Notes under the pieces: generated by a model | Database searches by the model: none | Told to the model about the DNA's origin: nothing | Seen by the model: only the letters and a program-made list of their open reading frames with translations | Position numbers and translations under genes: made by a program | Shown: positions 1-7,367 of the stretch, one piece after another | Numbering within the stretch: the stretch's first letter is position 1 | Layout of the letters: each line of letters starts with the position of its first letter | Virus record (IMG/VR): IMGVR_UViG_3300025003_000021 | Span: 1-43,546 of that record | Length of the DNA stretch: 43,546 nucleotides | Strand: one strand, 5' to 3' | Source: a virus | Taxonomy: Duplodnaviria; Caudoviricetes

Positions 1-299
1 GGCGTAGCATTGCAACGCGAGGCAAGGGAGTTTGCAGTGGGAAGCGACTTATGGGCGCTTCCCGGTGGAAACACCAACACGGCGCGGCAAGGTTTGGCAG
101 CGCGGGGCGTGGCGCGGCGCGGCGCGGCAACGCGAGGCAAGGGAGTTTGCAGTGGGAAGCGACTTATGGGCGCTTCCCGGTGGAAACACCAACACGGCAC
201 GGCAAGGCAACGCGGGGCGTGGCACGGTATGGCCAGGCGCGGCAAGGCGAGGGTTTACTGGGTAGGCGATTGGCGACAGTCGCCATCCCAGTAAGTCCC
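1..299 (+). ncRNA. Putative guide-RNA array: three units of phased (G)GY-NN pentamer tracts, each followed by a stem-loop; truncated at the window start
   Basis: Tracts at 1-25 (5 pentamers, truncated), 81-140 (12) and 196-250 (11), all with G at position 2 and C/T at position 3. Identical 55-nt hairpin blocks at 26-80 and 141-195 (GGGAAGCG/CGCTTCCC stem). A different hairpin at 251-299 (TTACTGGG/CCCAGTAA outer stem, GGCGATTG-GCGA-CAGTCGCC inner stem). Confidence 0.75.
12..198 (+). repeat. 72-nt exact direct repeat (12-83 = 127-198), period 115 nt
   Basis: Direct reading of the sequence; it covers the last pentamers, the hairpin and the AACAC linker of array units 1 and 2. Confidence 0.95.
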
Positions 300-389
300 A
301 ACCGGAGGGGTTCCGGGCGCAACGGGTAGGTCAAGGCAGGCCATTGCGGCACAAGCCACAAGATCAACACCCAGTAAGGAGAAACGAAA

Positions 390-956
390 ATGAAACGAGC
401 AGTCGTAAAGATTACGGGCGTAAGCCCATACAGCCAGAGCCGGTTCCACCAGACCGAGGCGCGCGACAAAGAAGGAAAAGATGACTTCGAGCGGCGCACC
501 TGGCGCGAGAAGATGCACTCCAATGGCGACGGGAACGTGATTATCCCGCCGATGTCGTTCAAAAACTGCCTGGCCGAAGCCGCAAAGTTCTTGAGCGTCC
601 AGATACCCGGAAAGGGGAAGAGCACATATACGAAGCACTTTGAGGCCGGTGTGATGGTTACGGACCCGATGGTTCTGCCTGTTCTGAAAGACGACGTTGC
701 CGGGGAATGGTTGTTCGTCCCCGCATCCGGGCGACGCGGAGACGGGGCGCGAGTTCAGAAGTGCTTCCCGATGATCCCCGTTTGGGGCGGCGAGGTCGAA
801 TTCATAATCATTGACGACACTATTAATGAGCAGGCATTCCGCTATCACATTGAGCAGGCAGGGCAGTTGATTGGTATTGGCCGGTTTCGTCCGCGCAACA
901 ACGGATACTACGGTCGATTCAAGGCGGAAATCCTGACATGGGAGGATTACTCATGA
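390..956 (+). CDS. Stand-alone Cas7/RAMP-like (Vipr-like) RNA-binding protein, 188 aa
   Basis: AAGGAG RBS at 376-381. N-terminal strand VKITGVSPY, IIPPMSFKNCLAEAA helix motif and C-terminal glycine-rich loop GIGRFRPRNNGYYGRF are typical of the RAMP fold. Adjacent to the pentamer array. Confidence 0.75.
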   Translation: MKRAVVKITGVSPYSQSRFHQTEARDKEGKDDFERRTWREKMHSNGDGNVIIPPMSFKNCLAEAAKFLSVQIPGKGKSTYTKHFEAGVMVTDPMVLPVLKDDVAGEWLFVPASGRRGDGARVQKCFPMIPVWGGEVEFIIIDDTINEQAFRYHIEQAGQLIGIGRFRPRNNGYYGRFKAEILTWEDYS

Positions 957-1459
957 GCCAGGTTAAGGTGTTTATCACCGATGTCGGAGTTGATACCAGG
1001 TTCCTAGTTGATCTGATGCGCAAGGCCAGCCCAGGCGAGATCATCACCTATACCGCCATGAATGCGGCCTGCGAGCGTGACGTGCGGAGCAACCGGCACC
1101 TGATCGACAGTGCTCGCCGCATCCTGCGCCGTGAACACAGCATGGTGTTCCGCGCCGTTGATAATGAGGGTTATCGCCGGCTGGCCGATGATGCCATTGT
1201 TGATACAGTGAATGCAGACCGACGCAACCGGATGCGCCGGCAGGCCGCTGTTGCCGTGCAAGAGCTTTCGTGCGCGAAGTACGATGATCTCGGCCGAGAT
1301 AAGCAAGTGAAACACAACACTGGGTTGGCCCTGTTTGGGTCTCTATATCAAGCAACCAGCCGGCAGAGTGTGGCACGATTGCACCAGCGTGTCGTAAATG
1401 CTGGCGGCAGTATCGACCTAAGCGGCACACTCAAGATGATCGGATGGTTGGTAGATTGA
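953..1459 (+). CDS. Accessory protein coupled to the RAMP gene; possible N-terminal winged-helix, 168 aa
   Basis: ATG at 953 overlaps the upstream TGA (ATGA). The pattern PGEIITYTAMNAAC...SARRILRREHSMVFRAVDNEGYRRL resembles a wHTH (inference). Confidence 0.65.
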   Translation: MSQVKVFITDVGVDTRFLVDLMRKASPGEIITYTAMNAACERDVRSNRHLIDSARRILRREHSMVFRAVDNEGYRRLADDAIVDTVNADRRNRMRRQAAVAVQELSCAKYDDLGRDKQVKHNTGLALFGSLYQATSRQSVARLHQRVVNAGGSIDLSGTLKMIGWLVD

Positions 1460-1639
1460 ACACTCTCCCGACTCGCCGCGTGCGCTGGTCTCCCGGCTAT
1501 ATAAATGGCGCATTTGCATTACCTTGACTTGACGGAGAACAAGTACGCATCGCTGTCGGGATTATCGGAGAAAACGCGAAGGCTGATATATGGTATTGCG
1601 TTAAAGATGGCGTATTGGCGGAATGTTGAATCTTGAAAG

Positions 1640-2335
1640 GTGAATATGATTGAGATTCTTAACGAAGACTGCATGGCTATGATGGAGCGCTATCCAGATA
1701 AACATTTTGATTTGGCAATAGTTGATGTGCCGTATGGCATAGGCGAAAATGGAGATAGAAATGCAAGCAGGGGAAAGCTGGCAGTTGCGAAAGATTATAA
1801 GGCTTTTGCTGGCGGAGATGTTAATGCACCACCTGTTGAGTATTTCAATGAACTTCTAAGAATAAGCAAGAACCAGATTATTTGGGGTGCGAACCATTTT
1901 ATTGACCGTATAGCAAAGCCAAGCCCATGCTGGATTGTCTGGGATAAGGTTACCGGTAACTCCGACTTTGCTGATAGTGAACTAGCATGGACAAGTTTCA
2001 AAACATCTGTGCGTAATTTTAGGTTTCAATGGAGCGGAATGCTGCAGGGAGACATGAAAAATAAAGAGGTGCGCATCCACCCAACACAAAAGCCCGTAAA
2101 GCTCTATGAATGGCTTTTGGCCAACTACGCGAAGCAAGGCGATAAAATACTTGATACGCATGGCGGGAGCATGAGTAGCGTGATAGCAGCAATCAATCTC
2201 GGATTCGACATTACTTGTTGCGAACTTGATGAGGATTATTACAGAGCAGGTAAAGCGCGTGTAGAACAACATCAGGCACAAGGTTTGCTATTCGCACCAG
2301 AGCAGGCAATTCCTAAGCAGGATACGTTGATATGA
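1640..2335 (+). CDS. DNA N6-adenine/N4-cytosine methyltransferase (beta class)
   Basis: Motif IV variant IVDVPYG precedes HPTQKPVKLY and motif I ILDTHGGSMS. The start may be the ATG at 1646. Confidence 0.9.
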   Translation: MNMIEILNEDCMAMMERYPDKHFDLAIVDVPYGIGENGDRNASRGKLAVAKDYKAFAGGDVNAPPVEYFNELLRISKNQIIWGANHFIDRIAKPSPCWIVWDKVTGNSDFADSELAWTSFKTSVRNFRFQWSGMLQGDMKNKEVRIHPTQKPVKLYEWLLANYAKQGDKILDTHGGSMSSVIAAINLGFDITCCELDEDYYRAGKARVEQHQAQGLLFAPEQAIPKQDTLI

Positions 2336-2577
2336 AAATCCTACTAGCGACCTTCGCGCTTGTCTTTTTGAGAGCCTTGCAGTCACAAAATGTAATCCAC
2401 GGTAATTACATCGCAGCGGCTATCACGCCATATTCATTAGCGGTTGCCGAAGTAGCAAGTATCATGTGGGTCGTGCAAACAGGATGGGATGCGATACCGT
2501 GGGTCGGCACAGGAGGAATGTTAGGCGCGACATTAGCAATGTATATACACAAGAAAGTGCGGACAATTTGCGATTAA
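2332..2577 (+). CDS. Small membrane protein
   Basis: ATGA overlap with the methyltransferase; 2-3 hydrophobic segments. Confidence 0.75.
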   Translation: MKILLATFALVFLRALQSQNVIHGNYIAAAITPYSLAVAEVASIMWVVQTGWDAIPWVGTGGMLGATLAMYIHKKVRTICD

Positions 2578-2598
2578 GTGTGCGCAATTTAGATTGAG

Positions 2599-3103
2599 GT
2601 AACTGTCCCCCGCCATAGATGGCGTGGCTTTCAACGCATAGCTAAGGGCCGGCGCTCTTTTGCGCAGTACCACTTGAGCGCCGGGTTAGCAGGCAAACGA
2701 ACGGAGGAAGCATGAGCAGAGACACGGAATGCCCTTACTGTGGCGAGGGCGTGGAAATCAACCACGACGACGGCTATGGGTACAACGAGGACGAAACGCA
2801 CCAGCAGGAATGCGGCGCGTGCGGCAAGACCTTCACTTACACGACGATGATTCATTTCAGCTACAGCACCAGCAAGGCGGACTGTCTTAACGGGGGCGAG
2901 CATGACTATCGCAAGACGGCGACATACCCGCCTGAGTTCGCGCGCCTGCGCTGCAAGGTGTGCGACGACGAGAAGCCACTGCCTGCTAACTACATCATGG
3001 ACACCACGACGCGCGGTTTTGAAGAAAGTCAACACGATCTACCCCCAGTTGTGCCCATTTCACCACCCGGGCCTGAAGGCCGAGGTTCACGGAGCAAAGT
3101 CAT
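2599..3103 (-). mobile_element. IS200/IS605-derived miniature element (copy 1), interrupted by an attC cassette
   Basis: 2599-2635 and 2991-3103 align with the uninterrupted copy at 3400-3545 (GTAACTGT..CCC hairpin..GGCTTTCAAC; ATCATGGA.ACCACGA.GCGCG.TTTTGAAGAAAGTCAACAC; GGCCTGAAGGCCGAGGTT hairpin). Confidence 0.7.
2635..2989 (-). mobile_element. Integron-type gene cassette with attC site (attC at about 2629-2695, - strand)
   Basis: The - strand reads GCTAAC-CCGGC-GCTCAAG...CTTAGC-TATGC-GTTGAAA, matching attC R''/L''/L'/R' with an extra base in L''. The cassette start GTTAGCAGGCA (2990-2980) is perfectly complementary to R'' over 11 nt. Confidence 0.75.
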
Positions 3104-3107
3104 ATGA
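2712..3107 (+). CDS. Zinc-ribbon protein carried by the cassette, with a read-through tail from mini-IS sequence
   Basis: GGAGG RBS; CPYC, CGAC and CKVC motifs. Residues after KPLPAN derive from the mini-IS. Confidence 0.8.
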   Translation: MSRDTECPYCGEGVEINHDDGYGYNEDETHQQECGACGKTFTYTTMIHFSYSTSKADCLNGGEHDYRKTATYPPEFARLRCKVCDDEKPLPANYIMDTTTRGFEESQHDLPPVVPISPPGPEGRGSRSKVI

Positions 3108-3403
3108 GCGTATATCGCAACAAAAAATTGCTTGGTCTGGCCCGCCAATCGCCAAAGTGCTTTTGTTGCGGACGCGAAAATGATGGAACGGTCGTCGGTG
3201 CCCATGCCGACATGCAGGAAATGGGCAAGGGGATGGGGTTCAAGGCCGCCGATCTGGTCGCCTTCGTTTGCCACCATTGCCACGATCAGATAGACGGCCG
3301 CGTTACTGGTTTAGATGCCAGCGGCCGCAAGTACGAATGGATGCGTGCCGCTCTGTTGTCGCTGCGCTGGGTGCTTGAAACACATCCAGAGGTATTCAAG
3401 TAA
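3104..3403 (+). CDS. DUF1364/DUF968-like Zn-binding nuclease-domain protein
   Basis: CFCC...TVVGAH...GKGMGFKAAD...CHHCHDQIDG pattern typical of this phage family. Confidence 0.75.
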   Translation: MSVYRNKKLLGLARQSPKCFCCGRENDGTVVGAHADMQEMGKGMGFKAADLVAFVCHHCHDQIDGRVTGLDASGRKYEWMRAALLSLRWVLETHPEVFK

Positions 3404-3545
3404 CTGTTCCCCTCCCTAAAGGGTGGGCTTTCAACATCATGGATACCACGATGCGCGATTTTGAAGAAAGTCAACACAAGCAACCTACGGTTGCGCCCAT
3501 TTCGCTCCACGGCCTCAATGCCGAGGTTTCCCGGAGCGAAATCTG
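3400..3545 (-). mobile_element. IS200/IS605-derived miniature element (copy 2, 146 bp)
   Basis: Two subterminal hairpins (CCCTCCCTAAAGGGTGGG; CGGCCTCAATGCCG). On the - strand the left end CAGATTTCGCTCCGGGAAACC follows a TCAT target and the right end finishes in TTAC. Confidence 0.75.
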
Positions 3546-3878
3546 ATGAGCAAATATGGCGCCGTAAAAACTATGGTGGATGGGCACTGCTTCGCCAGCA
3601 AAGGCGAGGCGGGCCGATACCGCGAGTTGGAAATTCTGATGTCTGCCCACCAAATCAATGACCTACGGTTGCAGGTAGTCTACGATCTCGCTCCAGCAGT
3701 CATGATCCTCGGCAGGCGGCGCCCGCCGTTGCGCTACGTTGCGGACTTCGTTTACATGCGCTACGGCCGTGAGGTGGTAGAGGATTTCAAGGGCGTGCGA
3801 ACTGAGGGCTATCGGATAAAGCGCCACTTGATGAAGGCCATCCACGGAATTGATATTTACGAGACGGGCGCGAAGTGA
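3546..3878 (+). CDS. DUF1064-family PD-(D/E)XK nuclease-like protein
   Basis: MSKYGAVKT.VDG..FASK.EA.RY, YVADFVY and VVEDFKG motifs. Confidence 0.85.
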   Translation: MSKYGAVKTMVDGHCFASKGEAGRYRELEILMSAHQINDLRLQVVYDLAPAVMILGRRRPPLRYVADFVYMRYGREVVEDFKGVRTEGYRIKRHLMKAIHGIDIYETGAK

Positions 3879-3892
3879 TGCCGCACGCATTG

Positions 3893-3921
3893 TTTACACT
3901 CGCACATATCACGTATACACT
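3893..3921 (+). promoter_or_regulatory. Sigma70-like promoter for the replication genes
   Basis: TTTACA-17 nt-TACACT in the intergenic gap, followed by a structured leader and an AGGAG RBS. Confidence 0.55.
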
Positions 3922-4011
3922 TTCTGTGTGGGGAAAAGGCCGGCCAGCCCTGTCCTGCTGCACCAGGACTTACCCACCCTCCCATTCTAAACGCTTGTGC
4001 TAGGAGTATTC

Positions 4012-4896
4012 ATGCAGTCATTCCAGCTTCACCCGCTATGTACCCTATTCCCACGTATGTCCGGGGTCGACTTCGCGGCACTTGTCGCAGACATCCGTGC
4101 CAATGGTCTGATAGACCCGATAACACTTCACGATGGCATGATCCTTGACGGTGGTAATCGAATACGGGCATGTCACGAGGCAGGGATAGAGCCGCATTTC
4201 CGTGAGTTCGAGGGCGGCAGCATCGTCGCCTATGTGCTCTCTATGAACCTTCGCCGGCGCCACATGACGCCAGGGCAGCAAGCAGCTATTGTGGCCAGCG
4301 CGCAGGATTGGAGCAACGCTCAGACTGTTGGCAATCCGCAATTCGGTAAGATTACCGGATTGCAAACTGGCAATCCGCAATTCGGTAAGATTACCGGATT
4401 GCAAACTGTCGCCGGACGCGCCGCTATATCAGGAACAAGCGAAAAGACCCAGCGTAACGCAGACAAGGTAGCCAGAGCCGACCCAGAACTAGCGAAGGAG
4501 GTGGCTAGGGGGGAAAAGACGCTACCGGAAGCCGTAGAGATGGTCACAGGGAAACGTCCAGGGGCAAAGCCGGAGACGGAACCGGAAGAACCACAATACG
4601 ATCCTCATGAAGATGAACTTGCAGTAGCTCATGAGACTGTCCGTGAGCTTGCCGCCGAGAACGAAGCGCTGAAAGACCGCCTTGCCGTAGAAGCCATGCC
4701 TGGCTGCGATGACGACAAAACGGCTGCGCTTGACACAATCACAGAACTCAGGGCGCGCGTGGTAGTGCTGGAGGCGGAACTCGACGCCGTAAAAGCCAGC
4801 CGAGACGTGTATATGCGCGAATCAAGCTCAATGAAAAGACAGATGGCGATGCAGCGGAAGGAGATAGAAAAACTAAAAGGCCAGGATCATGGCTGA
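4012..4896 (+). CDS. ParB-like N-terminal domain protein with HTH and C-terminal coiled coil
   Basis: HPLCTLFPRM...DIRANGLIDPITLHDGMILDGGNRIRAC and NLRRRHMT motifs; AGGAG RBS before ATG 4012. Confidence 0.85.
   Translation: MQSFQLHPLCTLFPRMSGVDFAALVADIRANGLIDPITLHDGMILDGGNRIRACHEAGIEPHFREFEGGSIVAYVLSMNLRRRHMTPGQQAAIVASAQDWSNAQTVGNPQFGKITGLQTGNPQFGKITGLQTVAGRAAISGTSEKTQRNADKVARADPELAKEVARGEKTLPEAVEMVTGKRPGAKPETEPEEPQYDPHEDELAVAHETVRELAAENEALKDRLAVEAMPGCDDDKTAALDTITELRARVVVLEAELDAVKASRDVYMRESSSMKRQMAMQRKEIEKLKGQDHG
4329..4408. repeat. Tandem 39-nt duplication of a palindromic unit inside the parB-like gene
   Basis: GGCAATCCGCAATTCGGTAAGATTACCGGATTGCAAACT occurs twice (GNPQFGKITGLQT x2). Confidence 0.95.
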
Positions 4897-6370
4897 TTAC
4901 CTCGAACTTCGCCCACTTCAAGTCAAAACATTGGATGCAATCCGCGAAGCGTTCCGTGCTGGGCATCGCGCCGTGATGTGCTACGGGCCAACTGGATTCG
5001 GAAAGACAGAAATGGCAATATCGCTCATGTCGGCCACCGCCGACAAGGGCAACAAAGCGGCAATGGTGCTTGATAGGATTGTCCTTTGCGACCAGACATC
5101 GAAACGTCTTGAAAAGTACCAGATAGACCACGGCGTCCTTCAATCAGGCCATTGGAGATACAGACCAGACCGTAAAATCCAGGTGTGCAGCGCGCAGACA
5201 ATCGAAAAGCGCGGAGCTTTCCCAGGCCTGAATCTACTGATTGTTGACGAAGCCCACGTCCAGCGCGCACAGACAATCGAATTCATCAAGGCGCACCCTC
5301 ACATAAGGGTAATCGGACTGTCTGCATCCCCGTTCACCAAAGGGCTCGGATCAACCTACTCCAGTGTAGTTTCTGCGACCACGACGAAACAGCTTGTTGA
5401 TGAAGGCTGGCTCACGCCTCTCCGGGTATTCATCGCCAAGCAGGTCGATATGACCGGCGCCAAGAAGGTAGCAGGGGAGTGGTCAGCTAAAGAATCAACT
5501 GAACGTGGTGTGCAGATCACCGGAGACGTGGTGACGGAGTGGGTAAAGATGACCCATGAGCTTTTCGGAGGTCCGCGCAAGACTATCGTTTTTTGCGCTG
5601 GCGTGGCACACGGTCAAGACCTAGCAGAGAAGTTCGGGGAAGCCGGCTACAACTTCGTGAGCATCAGCTACAAGGATGACGACGAATTCAAAGCACAAGC
5701 CATTGAGGAGTTTTCAAAGCCGGATACGGCCATTCACGGATTGATCGCAACTGACGTTTTATCTAAGGGGTTTGACGTACCAGACGTGATGATTGGGGTA
5801 TCTGCTAGACCATTCAGTAAGTCATTCTCTAGCCATGTACAGCAAATGGGCCGCGTGATGCGCCCGCATCCAGGCAAGGAATTCGCCGCGTGGCTCGACC
5901 ATTCAGGAAATTACCTCAGATTTAGGGATCAATGGGACGCGCTGTATTCTGATGGGGTGACGGCATTGGATGATGGGGCAGAAAAACCAAAACCAGAACC
6001 TACAAGCAAGGAAAAAGAAGCTGCGAAGTGCCCGGCATGTGGCGCGCTATGGCCTGGGAAATCAGATGTTTGCAATCATTGCGGGTACGTCAGGCCGCGA
6101 CGTAATGACGTGATTGAGCAGCCTGGCGAGATGCTTGAATTGGCCGGAAATAAAGTCGAAAAGTACGATGGAGCAACGAAAGAGCGCTGGTATCAAGAAC
6201 TTCTCGGGTATGCCAGGGCAAAAGGGAAGAAAGACGGATTTGCCTTCTACAAGTACAAGGAGAAATTCAAAGTAGAGCCGAAATGGAAGAAAAAACCGTT
6301 GCCACCAAGTCATGAAATTGAGCAATGGATTAGGTCTCGAAACATTGCCTGGGCTAGGGGCGCGAGATGA
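4889..6370 (+). CDS. SF2 DEAD/DEAH-box helicase (RadD/YejH-like) with C-terminal Zn finger
   Basis: GPTGFGKT, DEAH, SAS, GFDVPD and QQMGRVMR motifs; CPAC..CNHC. Confidence 0.93.
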   Translation: MADYLELRPLQVKTLDAIREAFRAGHRAVMCYGPTGFGKTEMAISLMSATADKGNKAAMVLDRIVLCDQTSKRLEKYQIDHGVLQSGHWRYRPDRKIQVCSAQTIEKRGAFPGLNLLIVDEAHVQRAQTIEFIKAHPHIRVIGLSASPFTKGLGSTYSSVVSATTTKQLVDEGWLTPLRVFIAKQVDMTGAKKVAGEWSAKESTERGVQITGDVVTEWVKMTHELFGGPRKTIVFCAGVAHGQDLAEKFGEAGYNFVSISYKDDDEFKAQAIEEFSKPDTAIHGLIATDVLSKGFDVPDVMIGVSARPFSKSFSSHVQQMGRVMRPHPGKEFAAWLDHSGNYLRFRDQWDALYSDGVTALDDGAEKPKPEPTSKEKEAAKCPACGALWPGKSDVCNHCGYVRPRRNDVIEQPGEMLELAGNKVEKYDGATKERWYQELLGYARAKGKKDGFAFYKYKEKFKVEPKWKKKPLPPSHEIEQWIRSRNIAWARGAR

Positions 6371-7206
6371 ATTTCCACCAATTTGCCGAGGCGCACGGAC
6401 TTATCATTGATAGAAGTCTGGTCGATGGCAGGATTTGCAGGTGCAAGACGACAGACAAGCCGCACCACAAGAACGGTGCTTATCTGTTCAATTCTGACTT
6501 TGGGTGGGTACAGAACCACGCCACTATGACCGAGCCGGCGATATGGCACCCAGACCGCGAGCAACCAGTAAAGATAGACCGCGCAGCCATCGCCAAACAA
6601 CGGGCGGCCACAGATAGGGTTATGCGAGTAGGCCGCGAGCAGGCGGCCAAGGTGGCCAAGGCGATACTAGGCGAGTGCGAGCAAACCCAGCACGCCTATC
6701 TTGACTCCAAGGGGTTCCCAGAACTGCGCGGTGCTGTTTATCGGCCCGATGCCGACAACCTTCTTGTAGTGCCAATGTACGTCGGGAAAAAGCTGGTCGG
6801 CTGCCAGACCATCAGCATTGACGGGGGGAAGAAATTCATTCACGGACAGCAAGCCAAGGGAGCGGAATTTGTGATCGGGAGTGGCGACCTGCACGCGTAT
6901 TGCGAGGGATACGCAACGGGGCTATCCATTCACGCGGCAGCGAAACAGCGGCTATCGGTTCACGTCTGTTTCAGCGCCGGAAACCTCACTCACATGGCGC
7001 GCGAAGGGTTCGTGGTGGCGGACAACGATGCCAGCGATACCGGAAGAAAGGCGGCAGTGGCTACGGGCTTGCCGTACTTCATGCCGCCGACAATCGGGCA
7101 TGACTTCAACGACTTCCATCGAGAGCATGGATTATTCCGGGCAACGATGGCGCTGAATGATTTTTTACGAGAAAACAGGTTGACAATCCGCCGGCGATGC
7201 GGATAA
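6367..7206 (+). CDS. TOPRIM-domain primase-like protein
   Basis: HAYLDSKG, CEGYATGLS, VADND and DFND motifs; ATGA overlap with the helicase. Confidence 0.88.
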   Translation: MNFHQFAEAHGLIIDRSLVDGRICRCKTTDKPHHKNGAYLFNSDFGWVQNHATMTEPAIWHPDREQPVKIDRAAIAKQRAATDRVMRVGREQAAKVAKAILGECEQTQHAYLDSKGFPELRGAVYRPDADNLLVVPMYVGKKLVGCQTISIDGGKKFIHGQQAKGAEFVIGSGDLHAYCEGYATGLSIHAAAKQRLSVHVCFSAGNLTHMAREGFVVADNDASDTGRKAAVATGLPYFMPPTIGHDFNDFHREHGLFRATMALNDFLRENRLTIRRRCG

Positions 7207-7207
7207 T
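7180..7207 (+). promoter_or_regulatory. Sigma70-like promoter
   Basis: TTGACA-16 nt-GATAAT at the end of the primase gene. Confidence 0.6.
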
Positions 7208-7332
7208 GAACTTCATTCGATAGGCATATCGAGTACCAACAGGGCGGAGTCAGCAGAGAGCGCTGGCCGCTTTTAGGTTCCCTGTTGCCGACTAAGCGAG
7301 CACCCCGCCCTGTTGTTACGAAACATCCAACT

Positions 7333-7367
7333 AAGCCCGGTTCTCGCAGGAGTCACCGGGCTTTTCT
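7333..7367 (+). terminator. Rho-independent terminator-like hairpin
   Basis: AAGCCCGGT...ACCGGGCTT stem followed by TTCT. Confidence 0.55.

Noticed and set aside
26-195. Conventional CRISPR array interpretation (55-nt repeat, 60-nt spacer)
   Set aside because: The spacers are themselves periodic GGYNN tracts, the third repeat differs in sequence, and no cas1/cas2/cas6 is present.
10-329. Three overlapping Arg/Gly/Ala-rich ORFs (10-294, 32-265, 51-329)
   Set aside because: They are translations of the pentamer/hairpin array. A period of 5 and 115 nt is not codon-compatible, and there is no RBS.
1505-1636. 43-codon ORF MAHLHYLDLTENKY... between the partner gene and the methyltransferase
   Set aside because: No RBS and no recognisable motif; it cannot be supported from the sequence alone.
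3461-3661. 66-aa ORF starting inside the mini-IS
   Set aside because: TTG start in IS-derived sequence, and it overlaps the well-supported DUF1064 gene out of frame.
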